64,000 nucleotides of DNA, taken from NCBI RefSeq assembly GCF_009914755.1, contig NC_060947.1; one strand, 5' to 3'. Shown piece after piece: positions 12,887 to 32,773 of the stretch (the stretch's first letter is position 1; every line of letters begins with the position of its first letter). This DNA is from the human T2T-CHM13v2.0 reference genome, Homo sapiens. The notes beneath the pieces are model-generated. The model saw nothing but the letters and a program-made list of their open reading frames with translations. It searched no databases and was not told the DNA's origin. A program made the translations under genes and the position numbers.

Positions 12887-14983
12887 CCTGGAAACTGATG
12901 GCTTCACTGCTGAATTTTACCAAACATTTAAAGAAGAATTAATACCACTCCTATTCAAACTATTCTGAAAAATAGAGGAGGAGGAGGGAATTCTTCCAAA
13001 CTCATTCTACAAGGCCAGTATTACCCTCATACCAAAACCAGGCAAAGACACATCAAATAAAGAAAATTACAGCCCAATATCTCTGAAGAATATTGATGCA
13101 AAAGTCCTCAACAAAATACTAGCAAGCCGAATTCAACAATACATTAGAAATATCACATACCATGACCAAGTGGGGTTTGACCCTGGGATGCAAAGATGGT
13201 TCAACATATGCAAATCAATTAATGTGATACATCGCATCAACAAAATGATGGGTAAAAACAAAATGATCATTTCAATTGATGCTGAAAAAGCATTTAATAA
13301 AATTCAATATCCATTCATAATAAAAACCCTCAAAAAACTGAGGATAGAGAGAACTTAACATAATGAAAACCATATATGGCAAGCTCACAGATAGTACCAT
13401 ACTGCTTGGGGAAAAATGGGAAGCCTTTCCTCTAAGATCTGGAAAATGCCAAGGATGCCTACTGTAACCATTGTTATTCAACATAATACTGGAAGTCTTA
13501 GCTACAGCAATCAGACAAAAAAAAAGATATAAAGGGCATCCAAATTGGCAAGGAAGAAGTGAAATTATCCTTGTTTGCTGATGATATGATCATATATTTG
13601 GAAAAACCTAAAGACTCCACAAGAAGACTATTAGAACTGATAAATAAATTCACTAAAGTTGTAGGATACACAATCAACATACAAAAATCAGTAGGATTTC
13701 TATATGCCAACAGGGAACAATGTGAAAAAGAAACAAAAAAGCAATTGCATTTACAATAGCCACACATAGAATTGAAAACCTAGAAATTAATTTAACCAAA
13801 GAAGTAAAAGATGTCTATAATGAAAACTGTAAAACACTGATGAAAGACATTGAAGAAGACACCAAAAAATGGAAAAATATTCCATGTTCATGGATTGGAA
13901 GAATCAATATTGTTAAAATATTCATAGTACCCAGAGCAATCTATAGATTCAATGTAATCCCCATGACATTCTTCACAGAAATAAAAAAGAAAATCCTAAA
14001 ATTTTTATGGAACCACAAAAGACTCAGAATAGTCAAAGTTATCCTAAGCAAAAAGAACAAAGCTGGAGGAATCACATTACCTTACTTCAAATTATACTAC
14101 AGAGCCACATTAACTATAACAACATGGTACTGGCATAAAAACAGACACATAGACCAATGGAGCAGAATAGAGAAACTAGAAACAAATCCATACACCTACA
14201 GTGAACTCATTTTTGACAAAAGTGTCAAGAACATACACTGGGGAAAAGACAGTCTTTTCAATAAATGGTGATGGGAAAACTGGATATCCATATGCAGAAG
14301 AATGAAACTGGACCCTTTCTCTTGCCATATACAAAAATAAAATAAACATGGATTAATAAAATAAACATGGATTAAAGACTTCAGTCTGAGACCTTAAACT
14401 ATGAAACTAGTACAAGAAAACATTGGGGACAATGTCCTTTTCCCAGGACATTGGTCTGGGCAAAGATTTCTTGAGCAATACCTCACAAGCATAGGCAATC
14501 AAAGCAAACATGGACAAATGGGATCACATCAAGTTAAAAAGCTTCTGCATAGCAAAGGATACAATCAGCAAAGTGAAGAGACAACCCACAAAATGGGAGA
14601 AAATATTTGCAAACTACCCATCTGACAAGGCATTAGTAACCAGAATATATAAGGAGCTCAAACAAGTCTATAGGAAAAAGTCTAATAATGTTATCAAAAA
14701 ATGGGCAAAAGATTTGAATAGACATTTCTCAAAAGAAGATGTACAAATGGCAAACAGGCATACGAAAAGGTGCTCAACATCACGATTATCAGAGAAATGC
14801 AAATCAAAACTACAATGAGATATCATCTAATCCCAGTTAAAACGGATTATATCCAAAAGACAAGCAATAGCAAATGCAGGCGAGGGTGTGGAGAAAAGGG
14901 AACTCTTGTACACTGTTGGTGGCAATGTAAATTAGTGCAACCACTATGGAGAACAGTGTGGAGGTCCTTCAAACAACCAAAAA

Positions 14984-20630
<5,647 letters not shown>

Positions 20631-21347
20631 TAAAAATTGAGCTACCACATGATCCAACAATCCCACTTCTGGGTACATACCCAAAAGAAAGGAAGTCAGT
20701 ATATCAAAGAGATATCTGCACTCCTATGTCTGTTGCAGCACTGTTTACAATAGCTAAGATTTGGAAGCAACCTAAATGTTTATAAACAGATGAATGGATA
20801 AATAAAACATGGTACATATACACAATGGAGTACTATTCAGCCATAAAAAAGAGTGAGATGCTGTCATTTGCAACCACATGGATGGAACTAGAGATCATTA
20901 TGTTAAGTGAAATAAAGTAGGCACAGAAAGACATACATCTCATGTTCTCACTTATTTGTGGCATCCAGAAATCCAAGCAATTAAACCCATGGAGATAGAG
21001 AGAAGAACAGAGGCTGGGAAGGGCAGTGGGGGGTTGGAGAGGGAGGTGGGAATGGTTAACAGGTACAAAAAAATAGAAAGAATGAGTAAGACTTACTATT
21101 TTATAGCACAATAGAGTGACTATAGTCAATAAAAACTTAATTGTACATTTAAAAATAACTAAAAGAGTGTATTTAGATTATTTGTAACTCAAAGGATAAA
21201 TGCTTGAGGGGATGGATACCCAATTCTCCATGGTGTGATTATTACACATTGTATGACCATATCAAAACATCACATATAGCCCATAAATATACACACCTAC
21301 TATGTATCCACAAGAAATAAAAATAAAATAATAAAAACAATAATACA
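20631..21347 (+). mobile_element. 3' remainder of the host L1MA (L1MA2/3-like 3'UTR and A-tail)
   Basis: Resumes with 'aaaaattgagctaccacatgatcc' where the 14983 part stopped; L1MA 3'UTR 'ggataaatgcttgaggggatggatacc'; TSD follows. Confidence 0.9.
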
Positions 21348-22031
21348 TAAAATCATGAGCAGCTTTTGTTTTGGCAGAACTGGTACCCCACTTTCAGCTG
21401 TGCAAAGACAACAACCACTACTTTAATTCCAAGTAGTGGTAAAGGAGTGCTTCATTTTGGGACTGCCTGCTAACCAATCACAAGTACATATTTTGCCAGG
21501 CTGGATACCAACAACCTTACTAATGCTGTGGTCAGCAGTGCCCTGTCAAACCAAGTGACAGCCTCTACTTTTGCTTTGGCTCTGTGACCACCTCTGCCAC
21601 TCAGTCTTTGGCAAGCCCAGGGTTCTTTTTTTTTAATTGCATAAGCCCAATTTTATTTTATTCTAATTTTATTTTATTTCAATGGTTTTTGGAGAACAGA
21701 TGGTGTCTGGTTACATGAGTAAGTTTTTTAGTGGTGATTTCTGAGATTGAGGGGCACCCATCACCTCAGCAGTGTACACTGTACCCAATTAGTAGTCTTT
21801 TATTCCTCACCCTCCTCCGACCCTTTCCCCCAAGTCCTCAAAGTCCATTGTATCATTCTTATGCCTTTGCATCCTCAAAGCTTAGCTCTCACTTACGGAT
21901 GAGAACTTACGACGTTTGGTTTTCCATTCCTGAATTACTGCACTTAGGATAATGGTCTCTGATTCCATCCAGGGTGCTGCGAATGCCATTATTTCATTCC
22001 TTTTTATGGCTGAGTAGTATTCCATGGTGTA

Positions 22032-22034
<3 letters not shown>

Positions 22035-22065
<31 letters not shown>

Positions 22066-22095
22066 CGCACATATATATATATACACACATACATA
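22035..22095. repeat. (TG)n/(TA)n microsatellite inside L1PB
   Basis: About 14 TG units followed by TA/CA units. Confidence 0.9.
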
Positions 22096-24519
22096 TCACA
22101 CTTTCTTTATCCACTCATTGATAGACAGTTGGGTTGGTTCCATATTTTTGCAATTGAGAATTGCACTGCTATAGACATGACTATGCAAGTATCTTTTTCA
22201 TATAATGACTTCTTTTCCTCTGGGTAGATACCCAGTAGTGGGATTGCTGAATCAAATGGTAGGTCTACTTTTAGTTCTTTAAGGAATCTCCACACTGTTT
22301 TTCATAGTGGTTGTCCTAGTTTACATTCCCACCAACAGTGTAAAAGTGTTCCCTTTTCACCACATCCATGCTAATATCTATTGTATTTATTTATTTTTTT
22401 ATTATGGCCATTCTTGCAGGAGTGAGGTGGTATTGCATTGTGGTTTTGATTTGCATTTCCCTGATCATTAGTGATGTTGAGCATTTTTTCATGTTTGTTG
22501 GCTATTTGTATATCTTCTTTTGAGAACTGTCTATTCATATCCTTAGTCCACTTTTTGATGGGATTATTTGTTTTGTTCTTGCTGATTTGTTTTAGTTCCT
22601 TACTTGAGTTCCTTGTAGATTCCAGATATTAGTCTTTTGCCAGATGTATAGATTGGGAAGATTTTTCTCCCACTTTGCGAGTTGTCTGTTTACTCTGCTG
22701 ATTGTTTCTTTTGCTGTGCAGAAGCTTTTTACTTTATTTAAGTCCCAGCTATTTATCTCTGTTTTTGTTGCATTTGCTTTTGGGTTCTCGGTCATGAATT
22801 CTTTGCCTAAGCCAACCTCTAGAAGGATTTTTCCAATGTTATCCTCTAGAATTTTTATGGTTTCAGGGCTTAGATTTAAGTCTTAGATCCACCTTGAGTT
22901 GTTCTTTTTTTTATACGATGAGAGATGAGGATCCAGTTTCATTCTTCTATATGTGGCTTGCCAATTATCTCAGCACAATTTGTTGAATAGGTTGTCCTTT
23001 CCCCAATTTATGTTTTTGTTTGCTTTGTTGAAGAGCAGTTGACTGTAAGTATTTGGCTTTATTTCTGTATTCTCTACTCTGTTGCATTGGTCTATGTGCC
23101 TATTTTTTATACTAGCACCATGCTGTTTTGGTGACTATGTCCTTATAGCATAGTTTGAAGTGGGGTAATGTAATGCCTCCAGATTTGTTCTTTTTGCTTA
23201 GTCTTGCTTTAGCTATGCAGGCTCTTTTTTGATTCCATATGAATTTTAGGATTGTGTTTATTAGTTCTGTGAAAAATGATGGTGGTATTTTGATGGGAAT
23301 TGCATTGAATTTATAGATTGCTTTAGGCAGTACGGTCATTTTCACAATATTGATTCTACCCATCCATGAGCATGGAGTGTGTTTCCATTTGTTTCTGTCA
23401 TCTGTCATTTCTTTCAGCAGTGTTTCATGGTTTTCCTTGTAGAAGTCTTTTACCTCCTTGGTTAAATATATTCCTAAGTAGTTTATTTTATTTTTTGCAG
23501 CTATTGTAAAAGGGGTTGACTTCTTGATTTGATTCTTAGCTTGGTTGCTGTTGGTATCTAGCAGAGCTACTAATTTGTGTGTATTAATTTTGTATCTTGA
23601 AACTTTTCTGAATTCTTTGATCAGTCCTAGGAGTTTTTGGATGAGTCTTTAGGGTTTTCTAGGTATATGATCATATCATCAGCAAACAGCAACAGTTTGC
23701 CTTCCTCTTTATGGATTTGGATGTCCTTTATTTCTTTCTCTTGTCTAATTGCTTTGGCTAGGAATTCCAGTAAAATGCTGAGTAGAAGTGATGAAAGTGG
23801 GAATCCTTGTCTTGTTCCAATTCTCAGGGGGAATGCTTTCAACTTTTCCCCATTCAGTATAATGTTGGCTGTGGGTTTGTCATAGATGGCTTTTATTACC
23901 TTAAAGTATGTCCCTTGTAGCCAATTTTGCTGAAGGTTTTAATCATAAAAAGTTGCTGGATTTTGTCAAATGCTTTTTCTGCATCCATTAAGATGATCGT
24001 GTGATTTTTTTTTTAATTCTGTTTATATGGTGTATCACATTTATTGACTTGTGAATGTTAAACCATCCTTGCATCCCTGGTATGAAACCCACTTGATCAT
24101 GGTAGATTATCTTTTTGATATGCTATTGGATTCTGTAAGCTAGTATTTTGTTGAGGATTTTTGCATCTATGTTCATCAGGAATATTGGTCTGCAGCTTTC
24201 TTTCTTTGTTATGTCCTTTCCTGATTTTGTAGTACAGTGATACTGGCTTCATAGAGTGATTTAGGGAGTATTCCCTCTTTCTCTATCCATTTGAATAGTG
24301 TCAATAGGATTGGAATCGATTCTTCTTTGAATGTCTGATGGAGTTCAGCTGTGAATCTGCCTGGTCCTGCACTTTTTTTGTTGGTAACTTTTAAATTACC
24401 ATTTCAATTTCACTTTGTTATTGGTCTATTCAGAGTTTCTATATCTTCTTGGTTTAATCTAGGAGGGTTGTATATTTTCAGGAATTTATCCATCTCCTCT
24501 AGGATTTCTAGCTCATGCG

Positions 24520-25297
24520 TAATATGGTTTGACTGTGTCCCCATCCAAATCTCACCTTGAACTGTAATAATCCCCATGTTTGACACATGGGCAGGGCCAG
24601 GTTGAGATAATTGAATCACAGGGGCAGTTTCCCACATACTGTTCTCGTGGTAGTGAATAATTCTCATGAGATCTGATGACTTTATAAATGGGAGTTCCCC
24701 TGCACATGCCCTCTTGCCTGCCACCATGTAAGATGTGACTTTGCTCCTCCTTCACCTTTCACCATGATTGTGAGGCCTCCCCAGCCATGTGGAACGCTGA
24801 GCCCATTAAACCTCTTTTTCTTTAGAAATTATGCAGTCTCATTAAGAAAATGTGGCACATACACACCATGGAATACTATGCAGCCATAAAAAAAGGATGA
24901 GTTCATGTCCTTTGCAGGAACATGGATGAAGCTGGAAACCATCATTCTCAGCAAACTATCACAAGGACAGAAAACCAAACACATCATGTTCTCACTCATA
25001 GGTGGGAATTGAACAATGAGAACACTTGGACACAGGGCGGGGAACATCACACACCAGAGCCTGTTGGTGGGTGGGGGGCTGGGGGAGGGATAGCATTAGG
25101 AGAAATACCTAATGTAAATGACCAGTTGATAGGTGCAGCAAACCAACATGGCACATGTATACCTATGTAACAAACCTGCACATTGTGTACATGTACCCTA
25201 GAACTTAAAGTATAATTAAAAAAATAAAATTAACAAAAAAAGAAATTACCCAGTCTCAGGTATGTCTTTATTAGCAGCATGAGAACAGGCTAATACA
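24520..25297 (+). mobile_element. THE1 (THE1C-like) MaLR solo LTR inside L1PB, split by an L1PA fragment
   Basis: 'taatatggtttgactgtgtccccatccaaatctcacc' ... 'ttattagcagcatgagaacaggctaataca'. Confidence 0.85.
24841..25240 (+). mobile_element. 5'-truncated L1PA (about L1PA5-8) 3' end
   Basis: L1PA 3'UTR 'gggggagggatagcattaggagaaatacctaatgtaaatgac'; A-tail; 17-bp TSD agaaatta(tg/cc)cagtctc at 24824-24840 and 25241-25257. Confidence 0.9.
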
Positions 25298-25596
25298 GTG
25301 CACAGAAAGGTGTTCATAGAAGCCTTGAACAATCCTTTGTATTTCTGTGGTATCAGTTGTAATATCACCTGTTTTCATTTCAAATTGAGCTTATTTCGAG
25401 CTTCGCTCTTCTTTTCTTGGTTGATGCCACTAATGGCCTATCAACTTTATTTATCTTTTCAAAGAACCAGTTTTTTGTTTCATTTATCTTTTTATTTTTT
25501 TTGTTTCAGTTTCATTTAACTCTGCTCTGATCTTTATTATTTCTTTTCTTCTGCTGGGTTTGGGTTTGGTTTATTCTTGTTTCTCTAGTTCCTTGA

Positions 25597-25946
<350 letters not shown>

Positions 25947-28900
25947 TCTTTCAGACTTTTTGATGTAGGTGTTTAATGCTATGAACTTTCCTCTTGCACT
26001 GCTTTTGCTGTATCCCAGGGGTTTTGATAGGTTGTGCCACTATTATTCACTTCAAAGAATTTTTAAATTCCCATCTTGATTTCATTGTTGACCCAATGAT
26101 CATTCAGGAGCAGGTTGTTTAATTTCCATGTATTGGTATGGTTTTGAGGGTTCCTTTTGCAGTTGATTTCCAATTTTATTCCATTGTGGTCTGAAAGAGT
26201 ACTTGCTATAATTTTTATTTTCTTAAATTTATTGAGATTTGTTTTGTGGCCTATCATATGGTCTATCTTGGAGAATATTCTATGTGCTGATGAATATAAT
26301 GTATATTCTGTAGTTGTTGGGTAGAATGTTCTGTAAATATTTGTTAAGTCAATTTACTCTAGGTTATAGTTTAAGTCCATTGTTTCTATGTTGACTTTCT
26401 GTTTTGATGACCTGTCCAGTGCTGTCAATGGAGTATTGAAGTCCCCCACTATTATTGTGTTGCTGTCTATCTCATTTCTCAGGTCTAGAAGTAATTGTTT
26501 TATGAATTTGGGAGTTCCAGTGTTAGGTGTGTATATATTTAGGATTGTGATATTTTCCTGTTGGACTAGTCCTTTTATCATCATATAATGTCTCTCCCTT
26601 GTCTTTTTTAACTGCTGTTTCTTTAAAGTTTGTTTTGTCTGATATAAGAATAGCTACTCCTGCTCACTGTTGGTGTCCATTTGCAGGGGATATCTTTTTC
26701 CACCCCTTTACCTTAAGTTTATGTGAGTCCTTACGTGTCAGGTGAGTCTCTTGAAGACAGCAGATACTTGGTTGGTGAATTCTCATCCATTCTACCGTTC
26801 TGTATCTTTTAGGTGGAGCATTTAGGCCATTTACATTCAATGTTAGTAGTGAGAGGGGAGATACTATTCTATTCATCATGCTATTTGTTGCCTGAATACA
26901 TTGTTTTTCTCATATTTTTTTCATTGTGTTATTGTTATATAGGTCCTTTGAGATTTATGCTTTAACATGCTATTTTGGTGTATTTCAAAGATTTGTTTCA
27001 AGATTTAGAGCTTCTTTTAACAGTTCTTGCAGTGCTGGCTTGGTAGTGGCAAATTGTCCCAGCATTTGTTTGTCTGAAAAAGACTGTATCTCTCCTTCAT
27101 TTATGAAGCTTAGTCTTGCTGGCTAATTTTTTGTATTTTTAGTAGAGATGGGGGCTGATAATTGTTTTGTTTAAAGAGGCTAAAGATAGGACCCCAATCT
27201 TTTCTAGCTTGTATCATTTCTGCTGAGAAATCTGCTGTTAATCTGATAGGTTTTCCTTTATAGGTTGTCTGATGCTTTTGCCTCACTGTTCTTAAGATTC
27301 TTTTTCTGTATCTTGACTTTAGATAACCTGATGACTATGTGCCTAGGTGCTGATTTTTTTTGCGATGAATTTCTCAGGTATTCTTTGAGCTTCTTGTATT
27401 TGAATATCTAGATTTCCAGCAAGGCCAGGGATATTTTCCTCAATTATTCCCTCAAATGTTTTCCAAATGTTTAGATTTCTCTTTTTCCCTGGGAACAGCA
27501 GTTATTCTTAGGTTTGGTCATTTAACATAATCCCAAACTTTTTGGAGGCTGTGTTTATTTTATTTAAATTCTTTATTCTTTGTCTTTGTCAAATTGGGTT
27601 AATTGAAAAGCCTCGTTTTCGAGCTCAGACGTTCTTTCTTCTACGTGTTTGAGTCCATTGCTGAGACTTTCCGGTGCATTTTGCATTTCTCTAAGTGTGT
27701 TCCTGATTTCCAGAAGTTGTTATTGTTTTTTATTTATGCTATTTCACTGGATATTTTTCCATTCATATTCTGTATCATTTTTCTTATTTGTTTAAGTTGG
27801 ATTTTACCTTTCTCTGGTGCCTCCTTGATTGGCTTAATAATCAACCTTCTGAATTCTTTTTGTGGCAATTCAGATATTTTTTTCTTGGTTTGGATCTATT
27901 GCTGGTGAGCTAGTGTGATCTCTTGTGGGTGTTAAGGAATGTTGTTTTGTCACCAGAATTGTTTTTCTGATTCCTTCTCATTTGGGTGGACTATGTCAGA
28001 GGGATGATCTGGGACTCAAGGGCTGCTGCTCAGATTCTTTTGTCCCACGGGGGTGCTCCCCTGATATGGTGCTCTCCCTTTTCCCCTAGGGTGGGCCTTC
28101 CTGAGAGCCAAACTTCAGTGATTGTTATTTCTCTTCTGGATCTAGCCACCCAGTGGAGGTACCAGGCTCCGGGCCAGTAGTGGGGAGTGTCTGCAAAGAG
28201 TCCTGGGATGTGATCCATCTTCAGGTCTCTCAGCCATGGGTACCAGTACCTACTCTAGTGGAGGTAGCAGGGGACTGAAGTGGACGCTGTGGGGGTCCTT
28301 GGTTGTATTTTTGTTAAATGCACTCACTTTGTGTTGGTTGGCCTCCAGCCAGGAGGTGGCAATTTCAAGAGTGCTTTAGCTGTAGTAGTATAGGGAGGAT
28401 CAGGTGGTGGGCAGGGCCATAGAGCTCCCAATAGATTATGTCCTTTGTCTTCTGCTACCAGGGTGGTTAAAGAAAGGCCATCAGGCAGGGTCAGGGTTAG
28501 GTATGTCTGAGCTCAGACTCTCCTTGGGAAGGGCTTGCTGCAGCTGCTGTGGGAGATGGGGGTGTGGTTCCCAGGCCAATGGAGTTATGTTCCCAAGGGA
28601 TTATGGCTGTCTCTGCTGGATCACACAGTTCATCAGGAAAGTGGGGGAAAGCCAGCAGTCATAGGCTTCACACGGTTCCCACACCACCTGCAGCCCAAAA
28701 GGCTTGTCTCACTCCCACTGTGCCCCCATAACAGCACTGAGTTTATTTCCAGGCAGCTGGTGAGCAGGGCTGAGAACTTGCCCCAGGCTACATGCCTCCC
28801 AGCTAAGAAAGCAAGCAGACTGTTCCTTGGCTGTCCCACAAAGCCTGCAGTAGCAATCCACCTCCTTCAAAGGGTCTGTGGATTATCTCAGCGTTCGTGG

Positions 28901-29139
28901 TATGTTCCTGCAGTAGTTTTTGGAAAAAACGTTCATAATGTGGGTCTCCACACACTGCCCTGTACTTCTGAGTGAGGGCTGCAAGTTAGTCCTGCCTCCT
29001 ATCTGCCATTCCCCCCCACCCCAGGGCTCTCATTCATTTGTGGAAACATGTCTCAGACTGGGAGCACAGGTTTCAGTATTATTTCAATGAGGAAGCAGCA
29101 GAAACAACAGCATTTTCAGTATTAATACTCATTCATTCT

Positions 29140-31730
29140 ACCCGTTCATGTTCTCTGACTGTAACAGATTTAAATTAGAAATCAATAACCAAAAGATACT
29201 CTCTCTATATACATATATATGTATATACGTATATATGTATATATACATACATGTGTATATACGTATATATGTATATATACATACATATGTATGCACGTAT
29301 GTATACACACATATATACATACATATGTATGCACGTATGTATGCACACATATATACATACATATGTATGCACGTATGTATACACACATATATACATACAT
29401 ATGTATGCACGTATGTATACACACATATATACATACATATGTATGCACGTGCGTGTACACATATATACATATGTATGCACGTGCGTGTACACATATATAC
29501 ATATGTATGCACGTGCGTGTACACATATATACATATGTATGCACGTGCGTGTACACATATATACATATGTATGCACGTGCGTGTACACATATATACATAT
29601 GTATGCACGTGCGTGTACACATATATACATATGTATGCACGTGCGTGTATATACATATATACATATGTATACACGTGCGTGTATATACATATATACACGC
29701 GCGTGTATATACATATATACATATGTATACACGTGCGTGTATATACATATATACACGTGTGTGTATATACATATATACATATATACACGTGCATGTATAT
29801 ACATATATAAATATATACACGTGCATGTATATATACATATATACATATATACACGTGCATGTATATATACATATATACATATATACACGTGCATGTATAT
29901 ATACATATATACATATATACACGTGCATGTATATATACATATATACATATATACACGTGCATGTATATATACATATATACATATATACACGTGCATGTAT
30001 ATATACATATATACATATATACACGTGCATGTATATATACATATATACATATATACACGTGCATGTATATATACATATATACATATATACACGTGCATGT
30101 ATATATACATATATACATATATACACGTGCATGTATATATACATATATACATATATACACGTGCATGTATATATACATATATACATATATACACGTGCAT
30201 GTATATATACATATATATGCAATGCATGTATATATACGTATATGCGCATGCATGTATATATACGTATATGCGCATGCATGTATATATACGTATATGCGCA
30301 TGCATGTATATATACGTATATGCGCATGCATGTATATATACACATATGCACATGTATGTATACACATATATACCTATATACACATGTACGTATATATACA
30401 CATATATACCTATATACACATGTACGTATATATACACATATATACCTATATACACATGTACGTATATATACACATATATACCTATATACACATGTACGTA
30501 TATATACACATATATACCTATATACACATGTACGTATATATACACATATATACCTATATACACATGTACGTATATATACACATATATACCTATATACACA
30601 TGTACGTATATATACACATATATACATATATACACATGTATGTGTATACACATATACACATGTATGTGTATACACATATATACACATGTATGTATATACC
30701 CATATATACATATAATTTCCCACTGGGGTTATATATACACATTATATATATACATATGTGTGTATATATATATACACATTATATATATACATATGTGTAT
30801 ATATATATATACACATTATATATATACATATGTGTATATATATATATACACATTATATATATACATATGTGTATATATATATACACATTATATATATACA
30901 TATGTGTATATATATATATACACATTATATATATAATAATGTGTATATATATACATATGTGTATATATATATACACATATATACACACATATACACATAT
31001 GCATATGTGTACATATATACACATATATACACATATATACACATATGCATATGTGTACATATATACACATATATACACATATATACACATATGCGTATGT
31101 GTATATATATACACATATATACACATATATACACATATGCGTATGTGTATATATATACACATATATACACATATATACACATATGCATATATGTATTTCC
31201 CAAACAGTGGGAAATTATATGTGTATATACACATATGTGTATATATATCCCCAAACAGTGGGAAATTAACACAATCTAAATAAGTAGGAATTCAAAGAAA
31301 GAAACCACAAAAGAGAAATTAGAAAATATGTTGAACTGAATGGCAATTAGAGTGTTTAAAAAGTTATGGAATGCAACTAAAGAAGGGCTTAGAGGGAAAT
31401 TGATAGCTTTAAAGGTCTATGTTAAAAAAGAACAAAGCTCTAAAATGAATTATTTAATTTCTATCCTTAAAAGCTCAAAAAAGAGAGAAAATTAATCCCA
31501 GAGTAAGTATAAATTAATAAAGTTAAGAGTGGAAATTAATAAAATAGAAGGCAGACAAATGAAGAACTGACAAGACCAAATATTTGGAAAGGAGGAAGTG
31601 AAATGGTCCTTGCCTCCAGAAGTATTGTGTACACAGAACATCTAAAGGAATCTGAAACAAAAACTAAAGGGATCTGATACAAAAAACTATTAGAAGTAAT
31701 AAGCAAATTTACAAAGGGCACTGGATACAA
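29140..31730 (+). mobile_element. Old L1M ORF2 fragment interrupted by the minisatellite
   Basis: [16 protein letters not shown] before the array; after it 'gaaattagaaaatatgttgaactgaat', 'cttagagggaaattgatagc', 'aaaactattagaagtaataagcaaattta'. Confidence 0.7.
29200..31248. repeat. Composite alternating purine/pyrimidine minisatellite (TA/CA/TG/CG based)
   Basis: Successive tandem blocks with periods ~38, 32, 34, 26, 36 and ~38-42 bp, e.g. gtgcatgtatatatacatatatacatatatacac; source of the YIHMCV low-complexity ORFs. Confidence 0.95.
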
Positions 31731-31732
31731 GC

Positions 31733-32270
31733 TGCATTCATTTTCTGCTACTGCATAACAGTACCACAAACAGCAGCTAAACTATAAAGCATGTTTATTA
31801 TCTCAGAATTTCAGTCAGAAGTCTGGGCACAGTGTATCTGGATCTTCCACTCAGGGTCTTACAGGGCTCCAATCAAGGAATTGAACATTGCTGGGTTTCC
31901 ATGTGGAGGTCTCAACTAGGCAAGGACCCACTACCCTGAACTCATGATTATTGGTAGCAATCAGTTAATTTTGACTGAAGGATTTCAGCCAGTATTTTTG
32001 CTGGCTATTGACCAGACCACCTTCAGTTCTTAGAGGCCAACCACAGTTCCTTGCCACATGGGGTTGTCCAGCATGGCTGCTTGCTTCCTCATAGCAGTAA
32101 GGTAGAGAGACTACAGCCAGATGAGTGCTACAATCTTATGTAACGTAATCACATAGAATCACGTGCATCCTGTCACCTTTGTCATATTCTGTTGACTATA
32201 TGCAAGTCACAAGTCACATCCATATTCAAGGGGAGGTCACACAAGGAAATGAAGCCACAATGAGATAATA
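31733..32270. mobile_element. MLT1 (E/F-like) MaLR LTR
   Basis: 'tgcataacagtaccacaaa..ttattatctcag..gtcagaagtctgggcacag..ctcagggtcttac', 'gtcacctttgtcatattctgttg..caagtcaca'. Confidence 0.6.
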
Positions 32271-32278
32271 CTTTTTAC

Positions 32279-32773
32279 CAGTGGTCCCCAACCATTTTGG
32301 CACCAGGGGCCAGTTTTGTGGAAGACAATTTTTCCACGGACCAGTGCAGGGATGGTTTTGGGATGATTCAAGAGCATTACATTTATTGTGCACTTTATTT
32401 CTATTATTATTACATTGTAATATATAATGAAATAATTATACAACTCACTGTAATGTAGAATCAGTGGGAGCCCTGAGCTTGTTTTCCCACAACTAGACAG
32501 TCCTATCAAGGGGTTATGAGAGACAGTGACAGATCATCAGGCATTAGGTTCTCATAAGGAGTGTGCAGCCTAGATCCCTCACATGTGCAGTTCACAATAG
32601 GGTTCATCCTCCTATGAGAATCTAATGCCACTGCTGATCTGACAGGAGGTGGAGCTCAGGCGGTAATGCAAGTGATGGGGAGTGGCTGTAAATTCAGATG
32701 AAGCTTCGCTCTTTTACCTGCTGCTCACCTGCTGTGAGATCTGGTTCCATGGCCCAGGGGTTGGAGACCCCTG
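32279..32773 (+). mobile_element. MER1A hAT-Charlie MITE
   Basis: TIRs cagtggtccccaacc / ggttggagacccctg; 8-bp TSD CTTT(T/A)TAC at 32271-32278 and 32774-32781. Confidence 0.88.

Larger units (their letters stand above)
11367..14983 (+). mobile_element. L1MA-type LINE-1, 5' part (ORF2 EN to C-terminal region, frameshifted); continues at 20631-21347
   Basis: ORF2 fragments ([37 protein letters not shown]); TSD TAAAATCATG at 11357-11366 and 21348-21357. Confidence 0.92.

Noticed and set aside
29200-31248. CRISPR-like array
   Set aside because: Tandem units lack unique spacers and the context is mammalian.
29138-31283. Long ORFs of 400-560 aa on both strands
   Set aside because: Y/I/H/T/C/M/V low-complexity products of an RY-alternating repeat that cannot form stop codons; not genes.
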